A stretch of DNA of 64,000 bases from an uncultured delta proteobacterium (GCA_963771465.1 CAVYTU010000014.1:832001-896000); one strand, 5' to 3'; positions 19,255 to 29,996 are shown, counted from the stretch's first letter. Translations and numbers: made by a program. Notes: a model not told the origin generated them from the letters alone.

Positions 19255-19947
19255 CTAAAACTTTTCCGACCACGGCCGTAATTCAATGTGCGATGCCCAC
19301 GAGCTGCGGTGTTGGCGGTGCAGGTGGAGATAAGTCTGAGCGATCGCATCCGGGTCGAGGCTACCGTCGGGACCGCGTGTAGTGAGACGCTCCGGGTTGG
19401 TAATTCCACCGTCGATCACCACCTGAGCGACGTGAATATTTCGCGGCTGGAGCTCGCGCGCCATGCTTTGCACGAGCCCGGTCAAGCCCATCTTGCCCAT
19501 GGCGAATGCCGGAGAATTGGCGTAACCCTTGACGCTCGCGGATGCTCCCGTGAACAGGATCGTGCCGTTGCCCGCTTTGACCATTCTCTTGGCGGCCTCC
19601 TGGCCGATAAGAAACCCGCCATAACAAGTGATCAAGATTGTCTGGCGCACTGCGTCGGGATCGAGTTCGGTGATCGGACCGCGGACGCGACCGCTGGCAT
19701 TGTAGACAACAAGATTGGGATCGCCGAAATCTTGATTCACCGCCTGGAACAGCTTTTTCACATCGGCTGGGCTGCTCGCATCGCACGTGTATGCGCGGCC
19801 GTCGATTTCTTTGACTAAGCCGTCCAGTTTCTCGACGCTGCGCGCGGCCAGCGCCACCCGCATACCTTCTGTCTTAAACAGCCTTGCCAGCGATGCGCTC
19901 AATCCCGGTCCGCTGCCGACGATCAATGCTATTTCTTGCTGTGCCAT
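19255..19947 (-). CDS. SDR-family oxidoreductase
   Basis: IVGSGPGLS, YNAS, LFTGASAS, FAMGK, IHVAQVVIDG; start ATG 19947 with GGAGG. Confidence 0.92.
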   Translation of the reverse strand: MAQQEIALIVGSGPGLSASLARLFKTEGMRVALAARSVEKLDGLVKEIDGRAYTCDASSPADVKKLFQAVNQDFGDPNLVVYNASGRVRGPITELDPDAVRQTILITCYGGFLIGQEAAKRMVKAGNGTILFTGASASVKGYANSPAFAMGKMGLTGLVQSMARELQPRNIHVAQVVIDGGITNPERLTTRGPDGSLDPDAIAQTYLHLHRQHRSSWASHIELRPWSEKF

Positions 19948-20038
19948 AACGACCCTCCAACGGCCGGATATCAAGCTGGTTTCAGGCTGTCAATCAATTC
20001 AACGAAAAGATGATCCGGAAATTGATTGCGTTGCGTCG

Positions 20039-20290
20039 TCACAAATCGATCGACGCTGCGCGCAGGCAACGCGCTGCCTCGATAAATACCGCTGCGTCCA
20101 AAGTGTTCAAAATGTCGGATGGCTGTAACCAGCCGCGCCGCGCCATGGCGATGCCGAAATGGAGATTGCCCATACCGGCGTCGAATGGGCGTCCGTAGAC
20201 ACGATAAATTTGATGTCCCGTTCGCGCGCAGCGAATCCAGCGCGGTTCCAAGTCAAGCCGATGGGGATCGCCATTGGTTTCGAATGGCAC
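20039..20290 (-). pseudogene. Orphan, frameshifted C-terminal PHP-domain fragment of DNA polymerase X
   Basis: Across frames: ETNGDPHRLDLEPRWI / AARERDIKFIVSTDAHST / GMGNLHFGIAMARRGWLQPSDILNTL, matching the PolX-PHP tail (RLDL, TDAH, ARRGW, LNT). Confidence 0.75.
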
Positions 20291-20334
20291 CGCGGGACGC
20301 GGCGACGTAAAAACGATCCTGCAATGAAAAGCCA

Positions 20335-20877
20335 TCAGCTCGAGGATAGCGGCAGAAACATGTTTAGATCCGAACCGCCAAAAACTGAGTCGATGAACTG
20401 GCCGATCAGCCAGGCGAGTCCTGCCAAAATTCCAAAAATAATGACCAGCAGCCCGGCAAGCAGCGAAATGACAAACAACCCGTGCCCGACTGTGGATTTG
20501 CGGTGGTGCGCGCCGGCGTAACGTTCCAGTAGCTGTACGTTCTTGACGTTACTGCGAAACCAAATCGAGAAGATGTCGCCGAAGATTGGAATCGCGCCGA
20601 TCATGGAATTAATCGCGATATTCAACCCCATGCGCAGCAAGACGATCTTGGGAATATTAAACTGCGCCGCGATTAACAGAATCGCCGAACCGGTCACATT
20701 GGCCAATAAATCGCCCACTCCCGGCACCAGGCCAAGAATTGGATCCAAACCGAAGCGAATCGATGTCCCGGGAATTGTAATGCGCTGATCGAGCAGGTCA
20801 GCCAAGAACCGCGCGATCCTCAGCCGCTGCGCGGCTAGGTCACTCCCGGCCTCTCGCTTAATCTCCGTTTCGATCAC
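20335..20877 (-). CDS. DUF4112 membrane protein
   Basis: LLD..ITIPGTSIRFGLDPILGLVPGVGD...IGAIPIFGDIF...N; GTG start overlapping the upstream stop (GTGA). Confidence 0.88.
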   Translation of the reverse strand: MIETEIKREAGSDLAAQRLRIARFLADLLDQRITIPGTSIRFGLDPILGLVPGVGDLLANVTGSAILLIAAQFNIPKIVLLRMGLNIAINSMIGAIPIFGDIFSIWFRSNVKNVQLLERYAGAHHRKSTVGHGLFVISLLAGLLVIIFGILAGLAWLIGQFIDSVFGGSDLNMFLPLSSS

Positions 20878-21065
20878 CGAGCCGACAGCTGCTCCCCGGT
20901 AATTTCCTGCTCGGCGTTTTTCCATTTCGCATATTCCTCTGCGCGTCGTTTGGCGTCGGGGCCGGAAAATCGCGTAATTAATTTTTCGCCTTGAGCCGCT
21001 TCGTTGACCGCGACCACAATATAGCTACCGGCGTGCTCGGTTGATTCTTCTAATTCGTACGTCAT
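20874..21065 (-). CDS. Hypothetical 63-aa protein
   Basis: GGAGG RBS before ATG 21065; translationally coupled to the DUF4112 gene. Confidence 0.6.
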   Translation of the reverse strand: MTYELEESTEHAGSYIVVAVNEAAQGEKLITRFSGPDAKRRAEEYAKWKNAEQEITGEQLSAR

Positions 21066-21357
21066 TGCAATCCCCTCCGTATCAGCGCTTATTTGCCTGC
21101 CTTCGAGCCGATTCAAGGTTGAGTCAAAGAGCAACGGTGAAATCCGCAGTGCGGGGCTTCTTTGCTCGACTTCGTGTATTCTAGCGTACCTCTGAATAGC
21201 GCCGGTTCAACCCCAAATCTTTACAATTTATAATTGGAATACCGGGCACGCGGCTGTATCATTGACAGATAGTGAGTCCTCAATTACGTTCGCTCTGAGA
21301 CAACGATCAAAACCTCAACCAGCAACTGCAGCGCTAGCCCGCCGCATAGGAGCAACA

Positions 21358-23034
21358 ATGGCATACGATCTGATTATCAAGAACGGCAAAGTGATCGACG
21401 GTTCCGGCCTGCCAGGATTTCACGGCGACGTCGCCGTCAGCGGCGGGCGAATCGTCGAGATCGGCAAAGTGAGTGGCGAGGCGCGCCAGGTGCTGAACGC
21501 GGATGGCTTGGTGGTGGCTCCGGGAATCATCGACAACCACACGCATTACGATGCTCAGGTCACCTGGGATCCGCTCTGCACTTACTCTTGCTATCATGGC
21601 ATCACCACCGTCGTCATGGGCAACTGTTCGCTGGCGATGGCGCCCGCTCACCGGGAGGATCGCGAGATGCTTGCCGGAGTTTTGTCCCATGTCGAAGCGA
21701 TTCCGCTGGAAGCGATCCAAGCCGGGGTCAACTGGTCCTGGGAAACGATCCCCGAGTATCTCAATGCTCTGGACCGACGGCTGGGCATTAACGTCGCTTC
21801 GCTCATCGGCCACTCGGCGGTGCGGCGCTATGTCATGGGTGAAGCGTCGCAAGAGCGGCACGCCACCGATGAAGAAGTTACGGCCATGAAGGCGATCGTG
21901 CGCGAGGGATTAGCGGCCGGCGCGGTGGGCATTTCCTTCGAGCGCAATCTGCGCCATTTCGACTGGAATGGCCGGTTGGCGCCGACCAATCTCGCCTCCG
22001 AGGAAGAGATTTTCGCCGTCGCTAGCGTCGCCGACGAGGTCGGGCATGGGGTGATCCAGTTTGGCGGCGACCGCACGATCAGCACAAAGCTAGCCAAGGC
22101 GAGCCGGCGGCCGGTTTTCTACGGCAACATCACGCAGCAGGCGGTGGCGCCAGACAAATGGCGCAAGCAGCTAGGAGAAGCCGAGAGCTTGATGCGCCAG
22201 GGACATCGCGCCTACCAGTTTGTCATGCCGCGGCCGGGAGATCTGCGTTATACGCTCAAGACCGCCCAACACTTCGACGCCATGGCGACCTGGAAAAACG
22301 TCATGTTGCTGCCTCACGACCTGCGCACACAAGCGTTCCGTGATCCCGAGACGCGCGCCAAACTGCATCGGGAGGCCGTCGAGACGCCGATGGATACCAA
22401 CCGCGCCGGTGATTTCACGCGCCGCTGGGATTTACAATTTGTCTTCAAGCCGGCGCTGGCGAAAAACCAGCATCTCACGAGCAAGAGCGTGGCCGAGATC
22501 GCGCGGGAACAGAACAAAGACGTGCTCGACGCGTTCCTCGACTTGGCGCTGGAAGAAAACCTCGAAACCGAATTCGAGCGGCGCGAAGTCAACAGCGACC
22601 AAGCGGCCATGACCGCGCTGCTCACCAGTCCGTACACCGTCATCGGCCAGTCGGACGGCGGCGCTCACGTGGTTTTTCGCACCGATTATAGCTACTCGAC
22701 TTATCTGCTGTCGCACTGGGTGCGCGAGAAAGAAATCATGTCGCTGGAAGACGCCATCCGAAAGCTCACGTTCGTGCCGGCATCGCTCTTCGGATTCTCC
22801 GACCGCGGGCTAGTGCGCCCCGGCTTGGCCGCCGACCTGATGATATTCGATCCTGCGACCATCAGCCCGTTAGAACCGGGCGAAGCGCACGACTTGCCCG
22901 GCGGTGCCAAGCGGCGCAAACAACTCGCGCAGGGAATCGAGTGGACCGTGGTCAACGGCCAGGTGCTGATGGAACACGGCAATCACACCGGCGCATATCC
23001 CGGCAAGGTGGCGCGCAGCGGCAGTGCCGCGTAG
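21358..23034 (+). CDS. N-acyl-D-amino-acid deacylase family amidohydrolase
   Basis: DLIIKNGKVIDGSG, PGIIDNHTHYD, GNC, SDGGAH, DRG...ADL; AGGAG RBS; TTGACA-N17-TACGTT at 21262-21290. Confidence 0.92.
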   Translation: MAYDLIIKNGKVIDGSGLPGFHGDVAVSGGRIVEIGKVSGEARQVLNADGLVVAPGIIDNHTHYDAQVTWDPLCTYSCYHGITTVVMGNCSLAMAPAHREDREMLAGVLSHVEAIPLEAIQAGVNWSWETIPEYLNALDRRLGINVASLIGHSAVRRYVMGEASQERHATDEEVTAMKAIVREGLAAGAVGISFERNLRHFDWNGRLAPTNLASEEEIFAVASVADEVGHGVIQFGGDRTISTKLAKASRRPVFYGNITQQAVAPDKWRKQLGEAESLMRQGHRAYQFVMPRPGDLRYTLKTAQHFDAMATWKNVMLLPHDLRTQAFRDPETRAKLHREAVETPMDTNRAGDFTRRWDLQFVFKPALAKNQHLTSKSVAEIAREQNKDVLDAFLDLALEENLETEFERREVNSDQAAMTALLTSPYTVIGQSDGGAHVVFRTDYSYSTYLLSHWVREKEIMSLEDAIRKLTFVPASLFGFSDRGLVRPGLAADLMIFDPATISPLEPGEAHDLPGGAKRRKQLAQGIEWTVVNGQVLMEHGNHTGAYPGKVARSGSAA

Positions 23035-23062
23035 CACTAAAAATTATCAAAGTGAGAAAACT

Positions 23063-23102
23063 GAGTGGCAGGAAGCTCAAAAGCTTCTGCCACTCTTTTT
23101 TT
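23063..23102 (+). terminator. Intrinsic terminator, possibly bidirectional
   Basis: gagtggcag-gaagct-caaa-agctt-ctgccactc followed by a T run, between convergent genes. Confidence 0.8.
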
Positions 23103-24807
23103 ACTCGAGGGAAACATTCACCAGTTGCTTGCGAATTTTATATTTACCGACTTGCTTCATGACCAGCGGCACGAGTCCTTCCGGCACATCGACGAACGAC
23201 TTTTGGTTTTCAATGTGGATCTTGCCGATGACGTTGCCTGGGATATCGGCGTGATAGGCGATGGTGCCGACCAGGTCGTTCGGACCGATGCCATGGCTTT
23301 TGCCGATGTTCAAGGTGAGCCGCACCATCCCCGTTTCGTGTGAGTCGTCGTTGCCGCGATGGCGCGGTGTGGATTTTGCCTTGTCGCGTGAGAACGACGG
23401 CCGTGTCGAAGGTCTGGCGCGCTGCTCGACGCGATAGCCGCCGCGGCGCGGTTCGCGTTCGAAGCGTTTGTTCGGCGCTTCCCGGATCTCTTCGACTTCG
23501 ACCACCTGAGCGATCGTGCGTTGCTTCTCGTCGCCGCGGGCTAGTTTCAGCGCGGCCGCCGCGATGTCCAAAGGGTCATGGCCCAGCGCAACCAATCCGT
23601 CGACGATGGCGCGTTCACGGTTGAACCTAGCGCGCTTGAGTCCAAGCGTCACTTGCTCGGTCAGCTGCGCGCTGCGCCGTTGCGTAATGTCTTCCACGCT
23701 CGGTAGTGTGGCGCGGAGAAATTTCTGCCGAGTAAACGCTTCGATACGGCGCAAATGGGCTTGCTCGACGGGCGCGATCAGTGAGATGGCGATGCCGGTT
23801 TTGCTGGCACGGCCGGTGCGGCCGATGCGGTGGACATAGACTTCGACTTCAGTTGGCAGGTCGTAGTTAAACACATGGGAGATGTCGTCGATGTCGAGGC
23901 CGCGCGCGGCGACGTCGGTGGCCACCAGTATCTGAATTTTGTCGTTGCGAAAGCGATGCAAAACTCGCTCGCGAGCTTCCTGGGTGAGATCGCCATTCAA
24001 AGTTTCAGCGGGGAAACCCTGCTGCGTCAGTGCGTTGGCCAATTCGGCAGTGCCGATGCGGGTGCGCGCGAAAATTAAAGCGCGCTTCACATCTTCGTGT
24101 TCTAGGATGCGTGTGAGCGCGGCGATTTTGTCGGACGGCCGCACCAGATAATAGCGTTGCTCGATGGCCAGCGCCGTGACTTGATTGCGTTGAATGGTCA
24201 CTGATTGCGGCGCGCGCATATATTTATCGGCGAGGCGGCGGATCGGTGGCGGCATGGTGGCGGAAAAGAGCGCGGTCTGCCGCGTCGCCGGGGTCTTGGC
24301 TAAAATCGCTTCGACATCGTCGATGAAACCCATCTTGAGCATCTCATCCGCTTCGTCGAGCACGACCGTCTTGATGGCGCTCAAGTCCAATAATTTGCGC
24401 TCCAGTAGATCGAGCAGCCGTCCGGGTGTGCCGACGACGATATCGACGCCGCGCCGCAGCTGGCTGACTTGCTGGCCAAAACCCTGACCGCCGTAAACCG
24501 CCAGCACCTTGGCGCCGATGTGGCGTCCGTACCCTTGCACGGCTTCGGCCACTTGCAGAGCTAGCTCGCGGGTAGGCGTGAGCACCAAAGCTTGAGGGGT
24601 TTTGCGCGCTTGATAGTTGTTGAGAATTGGCAAGGCAAAGGCCGCAGTTTTGCCGGTGCCGGTTTGGGCTTGACCGATGACGTCGACGCCGGTGAGCATG
24701 AGCGGAATCATGCCCGACTGAATCGGTGTCGGCGTCGTGTAGCCGAGCTCGCTAAGCGCCTGCGTCAGTGCCGGATGCAAATTAAAATCAGTAAACTCTA
24801 CGGTCAT
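23101..24807 (-). CDS. deaD: DEAD-box RNA helicase with C-terminal DbpA RNA-binding domain (DeaD/CsdA)
   Basis: Q motif, AQTGTGKT, PTRELA, TPGR, DEAD, SAT, ARGLD, HRIGRTGR; DbpA-type tail; start ATG 24807 with AAGGAG. Confidence 0.93.
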   Translation of the reverse strand: MTVEFTDFNLHPALTQALSELGYTTPTPIQSGMIPLMLTGVDVIGQAQTGTGKTAAFALPILNNYQARKTPQALVLTPTRELALQVAEAVQGYGRHIGAKVLAVYGGQGFGQQVSQLRRGVDIVVGTPGRLLDLLERKLLDLSAIKTVVLDEADEMLKMGFIDDVEAILAKTPATRQTALFSATMPPPIRRLADKYMRAPQSVTIQRNQVTALAIEQRYYLVRPSDKIAALTRILEHEDVKRALIFARTRIGTAELANALTQQGFPAETLNGDLTQEARERVLHRFRNDKIQILVATDVAARGLDIDDISHVFNYDLPTEVEVYVHRIGRTGRASKTGIAISLIAPVEQAHLRRIEAFTRQKFLRATLPSVEDITQRRSAQLTEQVTLGLKRARFNRERAIVDGLVALGHDPLDIAAAALKLARGDEKQRTIAQVVEVEEIREAPNKRFEREPRRGGYRVEQRARPSTRPSFSRDKAKSTPRHRGNDDSHETGMVRLTLNIGKSHGIGPNDLVGTIAYHADIPGNVIGKIHIENQKSFVDVPEGLVPLVMKQVGKYKIRKQLVNVSLE

Positions 24808-24822
24808 GGAATGGCTCCTTAT

Positions 24823-24902
24823 ACTTATGTGTAGACGTTGATAATGCTGCAACGTCTTTGCAGATACCGTTGTGGTTCAACAATCGGACCCATCACATAA
24901 GC
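24823..24902 (-). promoter_or_regulatory. Structured 5' leader of deaD (multi-branched stem)
   Basis: Closing helix cttatgtg/cacataag (24824-31 with 24894-901) encloses hairpins agacgttg/caacgtct and ccg-ttgt/acaa-cgg; ends just before the RBS. Confidence 0.55.
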
Positions 24903-25181
24903 ACGAGCCGCTCTGTTGCATCTAAACGCCCGACCCAGGGGGCGGACTAGGCACTACCAAGCCCAGAAGATTTGCCACTTTCGGAAGGTAAGGCACAGTA
25001 GCACATTAAATCGCGAACTTCGAACCGTGGCGAATTGGAGGAAACTTATGGTTGTGAAAGCATCCCGAAAAGGATTCGCCCAAGCCGTTTGCCATTGGCG
25101 ATGCGTACGGAGTACAAGAAATCTACGTTTGAATGAGCGTGCGAATTCCCCAGCAATGGTGTCGTTAAACGAGCCGCCGAA

Positions 25182-28100
25182 ATGAACTGTCCGCGCTGCC
25201 AGCATGACAATCCTGCCGGTGTAAAGTTCTGCGGCGAGTGCGGGGCGCGGCTTGAATCCGCATGCGCCGCTTGTGGCGCGGCAAATTCGCCGGGAAATAA
25301 ATTCTGTGGCCAGTGTGGCGCCTCGCTCGTTCAAGTGACCAACTGCCGACGAAGTTCGCGTCTCCCGAAACGTACACCCCCAAGCATCTCGCCGAAAAGA
25401 TTCTCACTTCAAAAAGCGCGCTCGAAGGCGAGCGCAAGCAGGTCACGGTGCTGTTCGCTGATATGAAAGGATCAATGGAACTGCTCGCCGATCGCGATCC
25501 GGAGGAGGCGCGCAAACTGCTTGATCCGGTGATCGAGCACATGATGGAAGCGGTGCATCGATACGAAGGGACAGTGAGCAATTTGATGGGCGACGGAATC
25601 ATGGCGCTGTTTGGCGCGCCGCTTGCGCATGAAGATCATGCCGTGCGCGCCTGCTATGCAGCGCTGAGAATGCAGGAGTCGGTGAATCGATATGCTGACG
25701 GAGTGCGGCGGACGGAAGGTGTGCCGATTCAAATCAGAGTGGGTTTGAATTCCGGAGAAGTGGTGGTCGGTGCCATCGGCAACGACTTGAAGATGGACTA
25801 CACGGCGATCGGCCAGACGGTGCATTTCGCTTCGCGCATGGAGCAGATGGCGAAGCCGGATTCGATCATGATGACCGCAGATGCTCTGCGCTTAGCCGAA
25901 GGCTACGTGCAGGTGAAGCCGCTCGGCCCGGTCAGCGTCAAGGGATTAACTGAGCCGGTGGAAGTTTATGAAGTTACCGGAGTTGGAGCCGCGCGCTCTC
26001 GCCTGCAAGCGGCAGCCGCGCGCGGACTCACTCGCTTTGTCGGACGCGATGCTGAAACCGAGCAGCTTCGAAAAGCGCTTGAACAAGCGCGCGCAGACCA
26101 TGGTCAGGTGGTCGGTGTCGTAGGAGAACCTGGTCTGGGTAAGTCACGGCTGTTCTTCGAGTTCACTCATTCCCATCGGACGCAAGGATGGTTGATCCTC
26201 GAAAGCGGGTCAGTTTCATATGGCAAAGCCACGCCCTATTTGCCAGTCATCGATCTCCTCAAAGCCTACTTTAAAATTCAGGATCGCGACGATCAGCGCG
26301 AAATTCGCGAGAAGGTGACCGGCAAGCTGCTCACGCTGGATAAATCTCTGGAGTCCACGCTACCGGCCTTCCTGGCACTTTTAGATGTGCCTGTCGATGA
26401 CCCGATGTGGCAGGCACTCGATCCTTCCCAACGCCGTCAGCAGACTCTTGGCGCCGTCAAGCGGCTGCTGCTTCGAGAGAGTCAGGTCCAGCCTCTGATC
26501 CTGCTATTCGAGGATCTGCACTGGATCGATTCGGAGACCCAGGCGATGCTGGAGAGCTTGGTGGAAAGTCTGCCGACGAGCAGGCTGCTCCTTCTGGTCA
26601 ACTATCGTCCGGAATACCAGCATGGTTGGGCTAACAAGACTTACTACACCCAACTGCAGGCTTGATCCGCTGCCGCCTGAGAGCGCGGGGGAGATTCTCA
26701 ATTCAGTTCTGGGGAATGACCACGGACTTCAGTCCCTCAAAGAGCTTTTGATCGAACGAACCGAGGGGAACCCGTTTTTCCTTGAAGAAAGCGTCCGGAC
26801 CCTGGTGGAGACAAAAGTTCTGGCGGGCGAGCGAGGGAATTATCATCTGGAGAAAAAGGTCGAGAGCACCCAGGTGCCGGCTACGGTTCAAGCCGTGCTG
26901 GCCGCGCGCATTGACCGGCTGCCGCTTGAGGAAAAGCAGCTCCTACAATCAGCCGCGGTCATCGGCAAGGATGTTCCCTTCTCCCTCCTGCAGGCCATCA
27001 CTGAATTATCTGACGAGGAACTCCGTCGCGGCCTTACCCACCTCCAGGCGGCGGAGTTCCTTTACGAGACGAGTCTGTTTCCTGATCTGGAATACACTTT
27101 CAAGCACGCGCTCACCCACGAAGTGGCGTACGGAAGCCTTCTCCACGAGCGCCAGCGCGCTCTGCACGCGCGGATCGTGGAAGCCATCGAGACGCTATAT
27201 CCTGATCGGCTGATCGAGCAGGTCGAGCGGCTCGCGCATCACGCAGCGCGGGGAGAGGTATGGGGAAAAGCTCTGACCTATCTCCGGCAGGCCGGCACCA
27301 AGGCGGACGCCCGCTCGGCGAATCGAGAAGCGGCATCGTACTTCGAGCAAGCGCTGACCGCCCTGGCGCATCTGCCTGACGAGTCGCGAGACACGTGAGC
27401 AGGCCATCGACCTCCACTTCAACGTGCGTAGTCTCGCTGGGGGCGCTCGGGGAACGCGAGAGGGTTCTTGAACACCTGCGCGCAGCCGAAGCCCTGGCAA
27501 ATGCTCTAGGAGATGAACGCCGGTTGGCGCGGGTTAATGTGTACATCGCGAGACGAGCTCTCGGCGCAGGGTGAGCATGAACAAGCCGTCACGGCCTGTG
27601 AACGGGCAATCGCAATGGCCAGAACCCTAGACGACTACGGTCTGGAGGTTGTGGCGACTAATATCTCTGGGATCGGCTTACTATTGCTTGGGCAATTATC
27701 CTAAAGCAGTAGAGGCGCTGAGGCGCAACTTGGTGCCCCTTGACAGCCCAGTGGTTCGTGAGCGCTTTGGTGCGATCGGCCTCCCCTTCGCGAACTCGCG
27801 GGCCTCGCTAGCCTTAGCGCTGGCCGAGCGCGGGGAGTTCATCGAAGCCATAGCCCGATGCACGGAGGCGATCCAGATAGCGGAGGCGGTCGGCCATCCT
27901 TACAGCGTTACCGTGACCTATCGAGGGATGGGTCATCTGCATCTCAGGCGGGGAGATCTTCACCAGGCAACTCTTACACTCGAGCACGCCCTGGAGGTCT
28001 GTCAGGGAGTGGACAGCCCGCCTCTCTTTCACGCAGTGCGTTCCGCTCTAGGCTACGCCTATGCGCTCTCTGGGCGCAGTGCTGAGGCAATTCCCCTCCT

Positions 28101-28552
28101 GGAGGAGGCCGTCGAGCGCCCCGCATGGCCGCGACCACGAGGGCCAATCGCAGCGGACCATCTGGCTGAGCGAAGCGTATCTGCTGGCCGGGCGGGAAGC
28201 GGATGCCCGTGCCGCCGCACAGCGCGCCTTGGGTCTCGCCCGCCAGCACAAAGAGAGAGGACACGAGGCGTACACTCTTCGGCTCCTCGGCGAGATCGCG
28301 GCGCGCGAAGATCCCCTTGATATCGGGAAGGCGGAAAACCACTATCGCCAAGCTCTCGCCCTCGCTGAAGAACTCGGCATGCGCCCGCTCATCGCGCATT
28401 GCCACGTCGGTCTGGGAAAACTGTACCGGCGAATCCGGCAATTTGACAGACGAGCTGAAGAGCATCTCACCAACGGCGTCACGATGATGCGTGAGATGGA
28501 AATGGGACTGTGGTTGCAGAGGGCTGAGGCGGAGTTGAAGGGGCTCGAATAA
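25182..28552 (+). pseudogene. Double Zn-ribbon + class III adenylate/guanylate cyclase + STAND-like ATPase + TPR protein, multiply frameshifted
   Basis: CPRC..FCGECG..CAAC..FCGQCG; GERKQVTVLFAD, GDGIMALFG; GEPGLGKS; FEDLHWID; EGNPFF; FKHAL; TPRs. Spread over at least 6 ORFs. Confidence 0.85.
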
Positions 28553-28741
28553 CAAGATCGTGCAGTAAAATTGTGACAAACTGAGCTCCGTATGACATTG
28601 AGCCGGTTACTGATCGTGGTGTGTCTGACTGGTTTGGCTAATGGCGTCGGTGAATCTTGACGCTTCAATGCTGATGGTGGTAGACCTTCCGGTATAAGCA
28701 ATTGCGAGGATTCGCAGACTCAGTGCAAGGAGGAATTGGAT

Positions 28742-29803
28742 ATGGCTGGTAACGGAAACGACGCTGGTTTCGAAGTTATTATTTCGTCCGACTCCCACGT
28801 GATGGAGCCGTCGGAGATACTGGCCGAACGAGCGCCGCAATCATTCAAGGATCAAGTACCGCGCTTTCCCAAACTGGCGGTGGGTTCGAGTTTCCAAACT
28901 CATCCGGGCGGGTCGGACCCGACGCACCGAATTACCGAAATGGAAACCGACGGGCTGAGTGCCGAGGTGCTTTATCCAACTTATTTGCTGCCCCATTTCG
29001 CGATGGACGACGCCAAGCTGCAGGAAGTTAGTTTTCGCGCCTACAATGACTGGCTGATCGAGTATTGCAACGCGTCGCCCAAACGTTTGATCGGTATTGC
29101 GGCGATCTCGGTTTACAATATTGACGAAGCGGTGAAAGAATTGGAACGCTGCGCCAAAGCGGGCATGAAGGGTTCGATCATTTGGCAGGCGCCGCATCCC
29201 GATCTGCCTTTTCATTCCGAGCACTATAATAAGTTCTGGGCCGCCTCGCAGGATCTGGGGTTGCCCGTGCACCTGCACATTCTCACCGGCCACGGCTACC
29301 ACAAGCAGACCGTGTTCGGAAACAAGCGCACCGGCGTCGAAGCCTATCGAGGCAGCGTGAATCTAAAGCTCAAAGAGATCATCGACGCCTTCTTCGAGCT
29401 GATTTTTTACGGTGTGTTCGAGCGTTATCCCAAGCTTCGGTTTGTCGGAGTAGAAAACGAAATCGGCTGGATGCCGTTCATGATGCAGCAGTGGGACTAC
29501 TATTATAACCGGTTCAAGGGTGTGAATCCGCCGCCGATCAGCAAAAACCCGAGCGAGTTTTTCAAGACACAGATCTTCGGGACGTTTTTCCGCGACACCG
29601 TGGCGGGTCACAATTTCGAATGGTGGGGACAGGACAACTGCATGTGGTCGAACGACTATCCGCATGGCAACTCGACCTGGCCGGAATCAAAAAAATATAT
29701 CGACCGCGATCTCGGCCACTTGCCGGCGGACATCCGCAAAAAACTGGTTTACACCAATGTGAAAAAGCTTTACGACATCGATATTCCTCATCCGGTGCAG
29801 TAA
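28742..29803 (+). CDS. Amidohydrolase_2 family protein
   Basis: SSDSHVMEP, LYPT, AYNDW, HLH, WSNDYPH; AAGGAGG RBS. Confidence 0.92.
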   Translation: MAGNGNDAGFEVIISSDSHVMEPSEILAERAPQSFKDQVPRFPKLAVGSSFQTHPGGSDPTHRITEMETDGLSAEVLYPTYLLPHFAMDDAKLQEVSFRAYNDWLIEYCNASPKRLIGIAAISVYNIDEAVKELERCAKAGMKGSIIWQAPHPDLPFHSEHYNKFWAASQDLGLPVHLHILTGHGYHKQTVFGNKRTGVEAYRGSVNLKLKEIIDAFFELIFYGVFERYPKLRFVGVENEIGWMPFMMQQWDYYYNRFKGVNPPPISKNPSEFFKTQIFGTFFRDTVAGHNFEWWGQDNCMWSNDYPHGNSTWPESKKYIDRDLGHLPADIRKKLVYTNVKKLYDIDIPHPVQ

Positions 29804-29830
29804 CCGGCGATTCGGTCAGGGGTGAAACCG

Positions 29831-29881
29831 ATTGGCGCGCTAGCGGACAACTAAAAGTCTGAGAGCGCGCCAATTTTTTTT
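29831..29881 (+). terminator. Intrinsic terminator
   Basis: attggcgcgc...gcgcgccaat followed by a T run. Confidence 0.65.
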
Positions 29882-29923
29882 GCTTAAGAAGAAGTCTCGC
29901 GCAACGACGCAAAGCTCGCCAAG

Positions 29924-29996
29924 TGACGGGCAAGGCCCGTCATCCCGAACGAATGTGAGGGATCTAAGAAGGATTTCTCCGTTCGGTCGAAATGAC
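29924..29996. repeat. REP-like palindromic element (gtcat.ccgaacg...cgttcgg..atgac) overlapping a second hairpin
   Basis: Nested inverted repeats at 29939-29996 and tgacgggc/gcccgtca at 29924-29942. Confidence 0.6.

Noticed and set aside
25048-25185. 45-aa ORF with GGAGG RBS overlapping the cyclase start (ATGA)
   Set aside because: No recognisable motif; cannot be told from chance or a remnant.
27396-27398. TGA in the cyclase-TPR gene as a second possible Sec codon
   Set aside because: It is created by a frameshift (the shifted frame continues REQAIDL), is not at a Cys position and has no suitable hairpin.
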